Shown in pieces: positions 1-12,269 of a stretch of 64,000 nt of DNA; positions within the stretch are counted from its first letter, which is position 1, and each line of letters starts with the position of its first letter. The notes beneath the pieces were generated by a model. The model saw only the letters and a list, made by a program, of their open reading frames with translations, searched no databases and was not told where the DNA came from. The stretch comes from Eledone cirrhosa (Eukaryota), in the NCBI GenBank assembly GCA_964016885.1, contig OZ024742.1, positions 21,576,001 through 21,640,000 on the forward strand. The letters run 5' to 3'. The position numbers and the translations under genes are program-made.

Positions 1-20
1 TACACCTCTATTCTTTTAAC

Positions 21-68
<48 letters not shown>

Positions 69-69
<1 letters not shown>

Positions 70-467
70 GGGAGGGTCATATTTGTGTAATAATATTACA
101 CAAATATGACCCTCCCCAAGTATAACAACATTTATTTCAACACACGATTTCATATCAAAAACCTCGCAAGACTAATTCATCGCCGTTATATATATATATA
201 TATATATATGGGAGGGTCATATTTGTGTAATAATATTACACAAATATGACCCTCCCCAAGTATAACAACATTTATTTCAACACACGATTTCATATCAAAA
301 ACCTCGCAAGACTAATTCATCGCCGTTATATATATATATATATATATATGGGAGGGTCATATTTGTGTAATAATATTACACAAATATGACCCTCCCCAAG
401 TATAACAACATTTATTTCAACACACGATTTCATATCAAAAACCTCGCAAGACTAATTCATCGCCGTT
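69..467. repeat. Three identical ~140-bp tandem units, each a fold-back of a PLE ORF-start 'tail' plus (TA)n
   Basis: Units start at 69, 209 and 349. Each has the palindrome gggagggtcatatttgtgtaata/atattacacaaatatgaccctccc, then reads [27 protein letters not shown], homologous to the family B ORF start. Confidence 0.85.
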
Positions 468-647
468 ATATATATATATATATATACAAATCGAAGGTAT
501 CACAACATGCGTAATATGTGTCATGCTTGTTTATCTCAAACGATATATAGTTCTTTCCCTCTCTCTCGCTATGAATATATCTTATAATTTGAATTATATA
601 TAAATAAAAGAAAATATAATATATAGATGTATGTATATATATACGCC

Positions 648-1734
648 CGAACTGTACGGTCGTTACATTGACGACTGTATCGGAGCCACGACCCTCACCC
701 GAGTACAGCTCGACTCCTTTCTCCCCTTCTTCTGCTCCTTCCACCCCTCCCTCCACTTCACCACCTCTATCTCCACCACCCACGTCCACGTCTTGGACAT
801 CTCCGTCGCCTTCGACCCCTCCCACCACTCCCTCGTCACCTCCGCCTTCTTCAAACCCACCGACTCCCACACTTACCTCGACTTCACCTCTTCCCACCCC
901 ACCCACACTAAACTCTCCATTCCCTACTCCCAACATCTCAGGATCCGCCGCCTCTGTAGCCGAGATGCTGACTTCGAGTCCCAGGCCCTTTCCCTAGTCA
1001 GCCATTTCATCCGCAGAGGTTACACCCCTCTCTCGTCCACACCGCTCTCACCCGCGCCCGTGCTATCCCCCGCTCCACCACCCTCACCCCACGCCACCGC
1101 ACACCCACCCACCGTCTCCCCTTCCCCATCACCTACCACCCCGGCACCTTACCCCTTTACCGCACCATCCGCCGCCTCTTCCGACACCTCCAGTCCGACC
1201 CCTCCACCTCCCACATCCTCCCAATCCCACCACTCCCCTCCTTCAAACGCGCACGCAATCTCCGCACCCTCCTCGTCCACAGCTCCCTACCCCCAACCCA
1301 CGCTCCGTTCCCCCCCCGGTTCCTTCCCCTGTTCCAGGCCCCGCTGCAACACCTGTCCCCACATCACCAACACCACCACCTTCCAGGGTCCCAACGGCCA
1401 CCCTCTCTCGGTCCGGCATGCCTTCCGCTGCACCTCCTCCAACCCAGTCTACGGACTTCGTTGCACGAGGTGCAGCGCGACTTATGTCGGACAGACGGGA
1501 CGCCGCCTGGCGGACCGAGTCACGGAGCACCTCCGGGACATTCGTCTCGGGGGCAGTTCCCCCATTGCCCGCCACTTTGGTGGCCCTGGACACTCCGCAC
1601 GACATCTCACAGTCTGTGGCCTACTCCAGTGCCACGGAACACCCGCCCATCGCCTTACGATCGAACAACGTACTATCTTCATCTTACAGACCCACACTCC
1701 CCCCGGCCTGAACTCCCCACCCTTATTCCTTTAG
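648..1734 (+). pseudogene. Partial RT + GIY-YIG ORF of family C
   Basis: Begins at RT motif C. The Pro/Ser-rich stretch after about 1025 looks out of frame (probable compensating frameshifts). Ends at GLN motif and stop at 1734. Confidence 0.8.
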
Positions 1735-3070
1735 CGTTCGACCGCCCCCCTCACCCCACTTATCCCCCACTAACACCACTAACACACCCCTCCTTTTCAC
1801 CGCCCACACTAACAATACTAACACCTCCACTCCACCCCTCATCTGACCACCCTTCCCCAACTAACATACTAACATCCCTTCCCTCCCCTCTTCTCCTCCT
1901 CCCCCTCCTTATCACACGCACACACGCACCCACTTACACCACCCACCCCACACGCAACTAACATCACTAACACCCTCCAACCCCACGCACACGTACCCAC
2001 ACACCCTCGTACACCACCAACTCTACACACCCTACCCCCACTAACCCCCACTCACACCTGCATTCCACCCCTCCCCACCTCCCGTATACTAACACCCACT
2101 AACACCTCCTCACCACACTACACACACACCAGTACACCACACTCCCTCCATAGAACCACACACACCCTTCTCTCCCCACTCCACACTCACTCATCCCACT
2201 AACACCCCTACTAATACACACACACACACACACACACACCCTCCTCACTCCAACTCTCACACCTACCCATCCTCGCCTCCCTACCATTCCGCCGACTGCT
2301 GCTATGCCCTTCCGACCACTGTCTCAGCACCAACTGACCACAGCACTTCCACTGCTGACCACTTCCTGTTGCGCGCGCACCCCACATCTCTCCTCTTCCG
2401 ACCACCGCTTCTTGGATTACCCACACGCGTTTTGACTTCCAACCAAAATCTCCATACATCCGTGTAACTTACCACTTTCAACCATCCTCTTACACCATCA
2501 CCCATATAACTCACCCACACACACACCCCCAAAACAATTTTTTTTATCCACACGCCACCCACACCCACAACACGCTTAAACCACACACACGTGCTTCCCA
2601 CCACATATTTACACCCTCAGCCCCCTGATTCCTCTCCCCCCACCCCCTATCCACACACGCACAGACCCTCCGACCCACAAAAACACCCCCCACACGCACC
2701 TTCCTGAACATGCAACCCCGTTCTTCCCCCAACCCTCACTTTCACATACACACACACACACACACACGCACACCTAACCACACACACCACCTTCAGCCCT
2801 CCCCGCTCGGACACCCCGTCTCCCTCTCCCCACTCCATCCGCCACCACCTCTACTCACCCCACACCCTTCCACCACCTGTTTACCCCCCTTTTAATTTCA
2901 GTTTATTTTGATCATGCCTTTATGTTTAAATTTTCTCATTCCTTGTATTTTGATCATGCTTTATTTTTATTTATTATTTATTATATTTTTGTCTTTATTT
3001 GTTAATTTTTCATTCGCACCGTTTCCTTTCGCTATATGTCTCTCCACCACTCCCCTACACACCTTTTGAA

Positions 3071-3110
3071 CTCTCACCTGAAGAAGGGCTTATGCCCGAA
3101 ACGTCATCCC
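3071..3110 (+). ncRNA. Minimal type I hammerhead motif (family C)
   Basis: CTGAAGA-A-GGGC ttat GCCC-GAAA-CG-TC. Stem I pairing is poor. Confidence 0.7.
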
Positions 3111-3193
3111 CCACCTACCCCCCACTCTCCTGAGCGTGAATTTAATAAACATTTATCGTACTGCCTCTCTGTTCTGTCCCTGTTCAATTTTTC

Positions 3194-3235
<42 letters not shown>

Positions 3236-3236
<1 letters not shown>

Positions 3237-3609
3237 CGGCGATGAATTAGTTTTGCGAGGTTTTTTATATATATAGAGGTTTTTTAAATATATAGACAGA
3301 CTGAATAAAAAATGGCGTAGACATACAACACAACAGGAGGAACAATGAATATAACACCACTGACGATGTTGCAGATGTGCAACGAAAGATTTATGTAAAT
3401 TATGTAAACTATATATATATATATATGTGTTTGTGTCTATATTGTATCTGTATTATTTTTGACCGCCGGTCAGTCAATGGCAACATTGAGGACCGAGTAA
3501 GTTAGATCTCAGATATAAAAGACAGCGAGAAGCGAAAACCAACCAAACAGTGAGTGTGTTCTGTTATTAATTCTGGCAATATTACGCAAATATGACCCTC
3601 CCCAAGTAT

Positions 3610-3613
<4 letters not shown>
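3236..3613 (+). mobile_element. Solo pseudo-LTR plus tail of a family-B-related PLE, with short inverted tail at 3236-3270
   Basis: Ends atgaccctccccaagtataacaat+(TA)n. Homologous to 18415-18733. 3236-3270 is the reverse complement of the tail seen in 69-467. Confidence 0.8.
3355..3397 (+). ncRNA. Minimal hammerhead motif
   Basis: CTGACGA-T-GTTGCA gatg TGCAAC-GAAA-GATT-TA. Stem I is weak. Confidence 0.7.
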
Positions 3614-3675
<62 letters not shown>

Positions 3676-3782
3676 ATAATAATAAATTTGAAGACTAAAA
3701 TCCAAAGAGGGCTCGATAAGGATAAATATATATCAAATATGTAAGAACCGTAGAGCAAATATTTATTAAAATAACAGATTAA

Positions 3783-3833
3783 AGTTTAAGCAAAGAATCG
3801 CTGCTTTCACCCTTAACGGGATCTACTGAAACT
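3783..3833 (-). ncRNA. Variant hammerhead motif (family A, degenerate core CAGTAGA)
   Basis: agttt-CAGTAGA-tCCC gttaa GGGt-GAAA-GCAG cgattct TTGC-TT-aaact. Confidence 0.5.
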
Positions 3834-4715
3834 AACAAAGTCAATCTGTAAACGCAGAACTGGATATTTCAAAAAACGTTACAACCGGAGGAAGACAGGA
3901 AGACGATACTTTGGTTCGTGGGAACGTTCTCTGGCAAAGAACGGGTGAAAACGAATAATACGTCATTAATAGGAGCGGTGAAAAACAATTACGCGCAAAG
4001 ACAGAACCACGTTTATGGTACAAAAGAGGTCGTAGACTAATGTTCTCTTAGGTGGTGCATAGAGACGTTCTCTGGCAATGAACGAAAAAACGAAGATAAT
4101 AAGTCATATGTGGAGCGTGGAGAACAATAGCACGCAAAGACAAGACCACGTAAATGGCATAGCAGAAGTCGTAGACTAAAATTCTAACTAGGAGACCGAA
4201 TGAATCTCCGCTACAGAGTAAATAAATACAATACAGAAGTAATAGAAATAAATAAATACATACACGCAAACAAATACGTGCATACTCAAGCATACGCAGA
4301 ACACTTACCATCGGTATACAAAACCACGCACATATAAATATGTGTGTGTGTGTATGCGTGTATACAAATATATAAATTATTATATAAACGTATATAAATA
4401 AACAAATACGTATATAACAAGCGCACACACATACCTACATGTAAATACACGAAAGTTCAGAGACGTAAGTCAACCAAAACATGAAGTACACATATACACA
4501 CACCCTACATACGTACGAACCTGCATACTCACACAGACGCAAAACTCACGTATACACATCGCCAAACCATATGTACCAGAATATATAAATTATACGCCAT
4601 AACATAAACAATCAAATATACGTAAGAGAAGATATACGTAACTTCACAAAACATACGGGAAAAACATACTTACATATGCAAATAAGTAATGGTATAAACA
4701 AAACATATTTAGCTC

Positions 4716-6881
4716 CTACATCAAGACGTAAAATATCCACGTATGAATCGTACTATCCGTTAGGGTATAACGTGGGCTGTAATACAGGAAAGTTGTGTGC
4801 AATTTATGTTTACAAGCCGAAATTGCCTCAGATTTTTTGTTTAAGATGTGGTCTGTGGCGTAGAGTATTTCCAGGGCCTCAGCGGCGCAGAGGTCACATG
4901 GTCTTTTATTTCCGTTATACGATCTAGCCCTAGCTAAGATCTCCCAGTGTAACTTATATTGGGTGTGGTTGTCTTTTAGACTCCAGATATAAGCTAAAAG
5001 TGACGTCATATTCCTTCTTAGAGGGTAACGAAAAGAATGGGTATGCATGTAAAGACGCTGCTTGAATCTATTGGCGGTTAACTCTATGTAGGCCCTACGG
5101 GACGTGGGTGTTACAACCTTACATTTGTAGACAATGTTACTAGAGAGGCATTTCCCGGATAGGGGGCAATCAACCTGATTCCTACAATTACAGTTAGTAC
5201 TAACTACAGGGTTGCACGTGTTCCTACGGCCACGTAGTTTAGCTAAATTTGAAGCTGTGATATTATGTGCAAGGTTAGGAGTCGTAGAGTAAGAAGTGTT
5301 AATAGTATTTCTATTAAAATTTTACTATACTTATGTGTAGGGGGAAAATGCTTCGTAATAAGGGAAAGAAAGATCTTAGCTAATGGGGTGGCCACCTCCA
5401 TATTATATGGTGGGTTATACCAACAAATGCGACGGGATCTATTTCTTCTAGGTCTATTTTCGTACTCTGTATATGCTACCTTATCGACAAATCCACTTCG
5501 AGCAAGAGCTTCATTGTAATAAGTGGAATGGTCTTTGAAAGTACGCTCGTTGGTGGAAATACGGGAAAGCCTCAATGAAACGTTTCTTACCAGGTTCTTG
5601 GTTATGCTGGCAGCATGGTTGGAATGCTTACTTATGTAATTAAGCGTATCATTCGGCTTTCTATACGGTTAATACAACCGATTCAATAAATTGAGGGTAA
5701 CGTCTAGTTAATTAATGACCGAGAGATTGGCCTCAACCTGTATAGAGAGGTTGAAGCCTTTAAAGAAGGCTGTGAGTTCTTTTCTGAACCTGTCGCAAGC
5801 ACGAGGTCCGCACTTAGTCATGGTCAAAAGACCATTGTCACGGTACAAACCACCGCCCGCGTTGGGGAATTCGTTCTTGATAGAGAACAGAAGGAAAAGG
5901 CCGAAGAGATCAGTAACCTCTGCAGAATCAACGGCGCCCATACTCACGTCGAATGGGGTACTATTGGATTTGTTAATCCAAATAGAGTCGTCGAAATTAA
6001 TCACCGACTTTCGGGCATTGAGGATGACATCAACTTCGAAATCCTTAACCACTGTGAGTGTTTTAGCGAAATTGATAGCTCTAAGGAGAAGTGGTAAAGT
6101 GATGGAGGAGTAGTAATTGTTGATGTCGAATTGGATAAGACGGCAATGTTCCTTGTTACATATGCCGTTGAACCAATCAATCACGGCGAAAGAATTGTTC
6201 CACAGTCCAAGAGGGGCCAAACTTCTAATTTCAGGTATAATTCTATCAAGAATCGTTTTACTAAGTCTACCTAAATCGGACTTCGTAGGCTTAATAAGCC
6301 GAATAGAGGGGTTGTTCGGAAAATTGGATTTGTGATCCTTCAGGGTAAAGTGGGGAGAAATAGGGTCCAGAGTTTCGGTCCGGTCCAGGATGTTGAGATC
6401 AGATGTGATTTTAAACCCAGCATCGTTGATTTCATTGATGACGCACCGATTAGTTTTACGGTAATCCTTAGTTACAGCATTATGTAGTACTTGATGGTAA
6501 GTACTGCGCTCCACTTGATATAGGTTGCCAGTTTTGTCGGAATGGACGTGCACGGCATTAGAATCCTTAATAGAACGAATTCTATTCTTCAGGTCTTGCT
6601 GGAAGGAATTGCTCCTATTCTGAAATTTGATACTCCGAATGAGTTCCAAGACATCATTTTCGAAGGGTAGCAATTCTGGGTTACACGGGGGGGTTATTAT
6701 AGGTTTTAAATCCAAATTTATCCTGTTTGTTGTCTGCTTTTCGCGGATTATCGAAATAAAAGGCACGCCAACGCAACCTTTTAATGAACGCGTCTGTTTT
6801 CTGTATCAGGAGTTTTAGATATGTTTTCCTGCTTGGTACGGGTATGTTCTTTGTAGAAATATTCAGATGTTGTTTCTGCAT
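4716..6881 (-). pseudogene. Disrupted RT-GIY-YIG ORF of family A copy 1
   Basis: ATG at 6881 (MQKQHLNISTKNIP). Split across track ORFs 6681-6881, 5708-6766, 5243-5575 and 4716-5048. Catalytic YRDD reads YRDN. Confidence 0.85.
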
Positions 6882-6909
6882 GTTAATCTGTTATTTTAAT
6901 AAATTAATA

Positions 6910-6969
<60 letters not shown>

Positions 6970-7001
6970 ATTGGAAATTATATTTATAAAAAAACCATAA
7001 T

Positions 7002-7067
7002 TATTTTATTATATATATTTCAAGGGCAACCAAGATAGATTATGGTGCGCTTTCATTAGATAAAATA
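7002..7067 (-). ncRNA. Hammerhead motif with G5A substitution
   Basis: tattttat-CTAATGA-AAGcGCACCA..TGGtTGCcCTT-GAAA-TATATA-TA-ataaaata, with a perfect 8-bp stem I. Confidence 0.65.
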
Positions 7068-7251
7068 CAGATTTGTTTTATAAATAAATATTGACATACC
7101 CGGAAATAAGGCAACCTCAACGGTTGAAATTCGCTGGATAGTGGAGATACTTGAGGGTGATAAAAATTAGTGAGTGAGTATGTAAATGAGTGTCGGAAAA
7201 ATTGAAACAACGGTTTATTTAAATTAAACTGTTGGAAGAAAATAGTTGTAA

Positions 7252-7838
7252 GAGAGAGAGAGACAAAATAGATGTAAAAGGGAGAGAGACAAGATAGATG
7301 TAAAAGGGAGACAGACAAGATAGCTGTAAAAGGGAGAGAGACAAAATAGATGTAAAAGGGAGAGAGGCAAGATAGATGTAAAAGGGAGAGAGACAAGATA
7401 GATGTAAAAGGGAGAGAGACACGATAGATGTAAAAGGGAGAGAGACAAGATAGATGTAAAAGGGAGAGAGATAAGATAGATGTAAAAGGGAGAGAGACAC
7501 GATAGATGTAAAAGGGAGAGAGACAAGATAGATGTAAAAGGGAGAGAGACAAGATAGATGTAAAAGGGAGAGAGACAAGATAGATGTAAAAGGGAGAGAG
7601 ACAAGATAGATGTAAAAGGGAGAGAGACAAAATAGATGTAAAAGGGAGAGAGACAAGATAGATGTAAAAGGGAGAGAGCCAAGATAGATGTAAAAGGGAG
7701 AGAGACAAGATAGATGGAAAAGGGAGAGAGACAAGATAGATGTAAAAGGGAGAGAGACAAGATAGATGTAAAAGGGAGAGAGACAAGATAGATGTAAAAG
7801 GGAGAGAGTCAAAATAGATGTAAAAGGGAGAGAGACAA
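7252..7838. repeat. 26-bp minisatellite, about 22 copies
   Basis: Unit aaagggagagagacaagatagatgta. It explains the spurious minus-strand ORFs at 7040-8185. Confidence 0.95.
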
Positions 7839-8999
7839 AAAATTGAGAGGGAGAGAGATAGAGCGAAAATAAGTTGAGAGGGAGAGAGATAGAGAGAAGA
7901 AAAATTGAAAGGGAGGGAGTTAGAATAGTGAGATAGGAGAGAGAGAAGAGAAGAGAAGAGAAAGAGAAAGAGAGAGATACAAGAAAAAAGAGAAAAGATA
8001 TAATATTGAGAGAGAGTGAAGGAAAGAACAAATATCTGAGATGGAGAGAGAAAGAAAAAAGTATTGAGAGGGAGAGAGAAATGAATGTTGAAAAAAAAAA
8101 TTGAAAATAGAAGGAGAAAGAGTAGTGAGAGGGAGAGAGAAGAAAGTGAAAGAGAAACATGGGCGAAGTGAGTGAAGAAATACATTTATATAGATGAGTA
8201 GTCAGAATGTAAATATATTATTCATGTTGTGTTTATATTACTTATAAAGGTAAAGTTAAAAAATTAAATTAAATTATTGATAAGAAAACTTTACAAAAGA
8301 GTATTGTTCTAATTTAGTTAAAAATTTAACCAGAATTTTAATTAAAATTTACTTAGAATTTAATTAAAATTTAATTAGAATTTAATTAAAATTTAATTAA
8401 TTACAATAAGATATATTATAAAAAGAAGTATTTAAAGTTTAAGATGTATTAATACTATATAGGTTTAGATGGTTATTTTATGTTATAGCTTATAAATTAT
8501 TTGAATGTATAGTATTTTGCATTGGGAAAAAAACCAAGTATAGTTTAATTGATTAAAGTAAGTTTAACAAAATTATATTTAGCCAGAGTTTATTAATAGT
8601 TGTAAGTTAAATCTTGAACATCAAATATTTATGAAGATTTACGAGAGTTTAGAAAGGAAAAATTATTTAATTAGGAGTATATATTAGAACAATTTACAAT
8701 TTCGACTATAAATTAAGACTATAAAGATTGACATTATAAAAACAATAAGGAAGTTTAAAGGAAGTTAAAAAGGGATTTTTTTAAAACCCAAATGATTCAA
8801 GAATAGATAAAAATCACTACGAAAGTTATAAGAAGTTATAAAAAATTATAAAAAATTATAAAAATTCATCTTAAAATATAATTATAGTTTCCATTTATTA
8901 ATATATTGTATATTTACTCAACTAAGATGTTGAGCGCTTTATATCAGTTATAAAAAAATGGTTAAGCTTGTTGAATCCCAACAAATTAAATATAACCTC

Positions 9000-9045
<46 letters not shown>

Positions 9046-10011
9046 TATATATATATATTTCAAACGCCAAGTGTACTATTTGAATATATTATACACGTGG
9101 AAAGTTTCAAGGAACACCTTAAGTAATTCTTAACACAATCGAAACATACATAAGCAATATATCCAATAACAACCTGTTCGTTAGTGTATCTAAACGTGTA
9201 GATGGTAATGTAGAAAATGTCTATACTAATATATCTATAACCAGGCTGTTCCAACTGTCTAAGGATTTATGATTACTTAAAGAAACTTTAAAATTATAAA
9301 GTAGTCTAAAGTGGGCGTTTGCTATATTTTTGCCACTCTAAAATTTTAATTTTTATTATCTTCGACAATGTGAATTCAAATCTTATTTCTTAGTATGTCT
9401 GTTTGTTTTGCGTGCAAATGAGGTTTTGAACTACCGCTTTAGTGGGAATTGATTAAACAATCATATTTCTGAGAAAGAGTTTTAATGTTCAAATAAATAT
9501 ATTTATAAAGCATCAAACAATATTTAATATATACATATTTAGTTGTTCAAGTTAATGTGTGTAGGATAACGGATGAAACGTTCCTTTGAAGTTTAGCAAA
9601 TAATACGTTGATGAGTGTAGATAATGCGATATTCATTGTGTTATAAAATAATTCATATTACCATCATCAGTTTGGATGCGAGAAGTAGTCTTCTAAGAAT
9701 ATCTTTGTAACGATCAAGAATATATGATGCCCTTAGAAATTCGATATTCAATATATATTTGCATATCTCATTCATCTACAAGACATCACAACTTACGAAC
9801 AGCCAGGGCAAATTTCAAATACTCTTATCTTCATATTTATAAAGCAGCTTCTATATAGTATAGCCTTAAAGATTATACTCATACACACACATCGATCTAG
9901 TTATCTCAATGTGCTTCAGTTTCTCTCACTCTCTCCAAGTCTCTCGCTCTCTCTCTCTCTCTCTCTCAATCTCTCTCTGTATATATGTATATATATGCGT
10001 GTGTGCGTGTG

Positions 10012-10200
<189 letters not shown>

Positions 10201-10230
10201 ATATATATATATATACATATGTATGTATAT

Positions 10231-10995
10231 CGGATGCTGGATTTGCCGACGACATAGTTTGGGTGACAAATACAGTGAAGGGGGCAGATGATTTGATGCA
10301 GGAAATTGAGACTGTGTCAATGAGTGTGGGGCTGAGAATGAATGAGACTAAAACAAAATATCTGGTGGCGAATGTTGGGAAGCCAGAGGGGATCACTAAT
10401 GTAGGCGGGAAGCCGCTAAATTTGGTTGAGGACTTTCTGTATCTGGGAGCAAAGATTGGGAATACGGAAGATGATGTGTTTGGGAGAAAGAGAAAAGCCT
10501 GGGCGGCGTTCCGCAGCTTGAGATCGGTGTGGAAGTAGGACCTTCGTAAAGACCTGAAAATCCGCCTCTTCATTGCTGTAGTGGAGTATGTGCTGATGTA
10601 CGGGTCGGAGACTTGGACACTGACCAAGAAACTCACGCAGATGGTGGATGGGTGCTACACGAGAATGCTGAGGATGGCTCTGAACATTAATCAGTATACA
10701 CTGAGGATGAAGAACTCAGAGCTGTATGGGCGCCTCCCAAATGTCAGCTCAAAAGTGACACAGAGGAGACTGTGGTTACCTGGACATACTCACCGACATC
10801 CAGAGTTGACAATGCACTCAGTGCTCCTGTGGGAGCCCCTACATAGACACACTGGAAGAGGAAGACCAAAGTTAACGTACGTTGATGCCCTAAGGACAGA
10901 CACTGGTCTGTTGGAGACGCGGGACATGGCAGCGATAATGAGGGACAGAGACTGCTGGAGAGAACTCGTCCATGGATCTCAGGAATTTTACCCTA

Positions 10996-10997
<2 letters not shown>
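10231..10997 (+). mobile_element. 5'-truncated RTE-clade LINE (RT C-terminal part)
   Basis: [53 protein letters not shown]. Internal TAG near 10536. Inserted within microsatellite. Confidence 0.9.
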
Positions 10998-11074
<77 letters not shown>

Positions 11075-11120
11075 ATCACAGAAAAAAAAGAGATCAGTGT
11101 TACGACGAATGGAAATTATT

Positions 11121-11217
11121 AGACATATTACAATCGTTTCCTGGCGACCAACTCGAGGCGATATCGATGTGATGATCGAACATGACTCTGAAAATCGCAA
11201 GGTCATCAGATACATCT
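11121..11217 (-). ncRNA. Hammerhead motif with extended (~60 nt) stem II
   Basis: agatgtat-CTGATGA-c-CTtGCGA...TCGCcAG-GAAA-CGatTG-TA-atatgtct. Confidence 0.65.
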
Positions 11218-11339
11218 TGATTCTACGAAGCAGATTTTCCTTGCGATTTTCAGAGTCAGGTTCGATCATCACATCGATCGATGTATACACATCGCTTAAA
11301 AATATCCTTCTTCAGATGGGTTAAGGATGAGGAGTGAAA

Positions 11340-11827
11340 CCGTGCACCGGATCTCCCTGCAACACGTCTTAACACCCCGGCGAGCAGGCGCTGCAAAATA
11401 ACACCCAGGAAACAATCCTTGCATACCAGACCCAGCACCAAACGACTCAGACAAACAGATGCGGCAAAAAAAATCTCTCAAAATAAGCGTTGATTACATG
11501 CGTATCGACAATGGTAAGGTTCTAGCCTCATCTCGTAGCAGATAAAATAAATAAAAAAAAAATAAAAATAAAAAAAATGTGTCTGGGAAAGACTGCCCTA
11601 ACACCGGCCAGAGTTACCTCCCTTGACCTGCTGCAAAATCAAAACAAGCTATTTTTGCGAGCAATGAACCTTGACGTGGGTTTAATCCCAAAAACTTTTC
11701 CGAGCAATGTAAGGAATACTTTTGATTATTTATGCCCTTGAGAAGCCCAACTGGGCGAAACGTACGTAGGTGCTGTTTTAAATAAACATGTTTTAACGGT
11801 CTATTCTCCGATTTTTTACGTTCCCAC

Positions 11828-11829
<2 letters not shown>
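11340..11829 (+). mobile_element. Non-coding PLE-type 3' fragment (family shared with ~51900-52210)
   Basis: Shares aacaccggccagagttac..ccctt and the HHR block with the 52 kb copy. Ends at (TA)n. The 5' boundary is approximate. Confidence 0.6.
11732..11773 (+). ncRNA. Hammerhead motif, U3-A8 core variant
   Basis: atgccc-TTGAGAA-GCCC aact GGGC-GAAA-CGTACG-TA-ggtgc. Confidence 0.75.
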
Positions 11830-11869
<40 letters not shown>

Positions 11870-12269
11870 AGATTCAGGACTCCGGAGGCTCAGCTCCGGC
11901 CGTTTGGACAGCTAGACTCGAACTAAGCCACCAGTATTAGAACTGTGGTAATCTAGCTGAACTTATGAAGGGATACAGTCCATATATGGGCATGCAGCCA
12001 AAGCAAAGAAGCAAAAACTCTAAGCAAAAAATCTTTAATTTTTTTTTCTTGTTTATATATATCCACGATAACATTTTATATTAGGTAACACCTTTTCATT
12101 ATTTACCGATATCTAAAGTATAATGCTTTGAATGTTAAATAGAATTTGTGACAATAATAGATTTTGTAGGCATTTCATTCAATACTTTTGATTTGGTTAA
12201 AGGCGAACTATTTCTTGTACGGAGTTGATCAAGTAAACAGCAGTATATTGAGATTTATGTATTGGTACT

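Larger units (their letters stand above)
648..3198 (+). mobile_element. 5'-truncated Penelope-like retroelement, family C (Neptune-like), with long C-rich 3' UTR
   Basis: RT motif C (YGRYIDD), thumb FKPTDSHTYLDFTSSHP, Cys-rich linker CSRPRCNTC, GIY-YIG (VYGLRC..YVGQTGR). HHR core and AATAAA near the 3' end. Flanked by TA-rich repeats. Confidence 0.9.
3684..6885 (-). mobile_element. Penelope-like element, family A copy 1 (Hydra-clade-like)
   Basis: FTLKDHKSNF..PSIRLI.P.KSD, FDI..YY.SI, YRD(N)GL, WYNPPY, CNC..CP..C, YIG..F..R..H, CDLC..E, CKH. About 1 kb 3' UTR with HHR. Same 3' end as the copy at 52606. Confidence 0.9.
6962..9002 (-). mobile_element. Probable non-coding PLE-derived insertion (3' UTR-like) between two (TA)n tracts
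   Basis: HHR about 40 nt from its 3' end, pyrimidine-rich sense strand, internal minisatellite, no recognisable ORF. The 5' boundary is inferred from the TA tract. Confidence 0.45.

Noticed and set aside
69-467. CRISPR-like array of palindromic repeats
   Set aside because: Whole units are identical with no unique spacers, there are no cas genes, the context is eukaryotic, and the sequence derives from a PLE ORF start.
7040-8185. 381-aa and 313-aa ORFs
   Set aside because: Translations of the 26-bp minisatellite and CT-rich low-complexity sequence.
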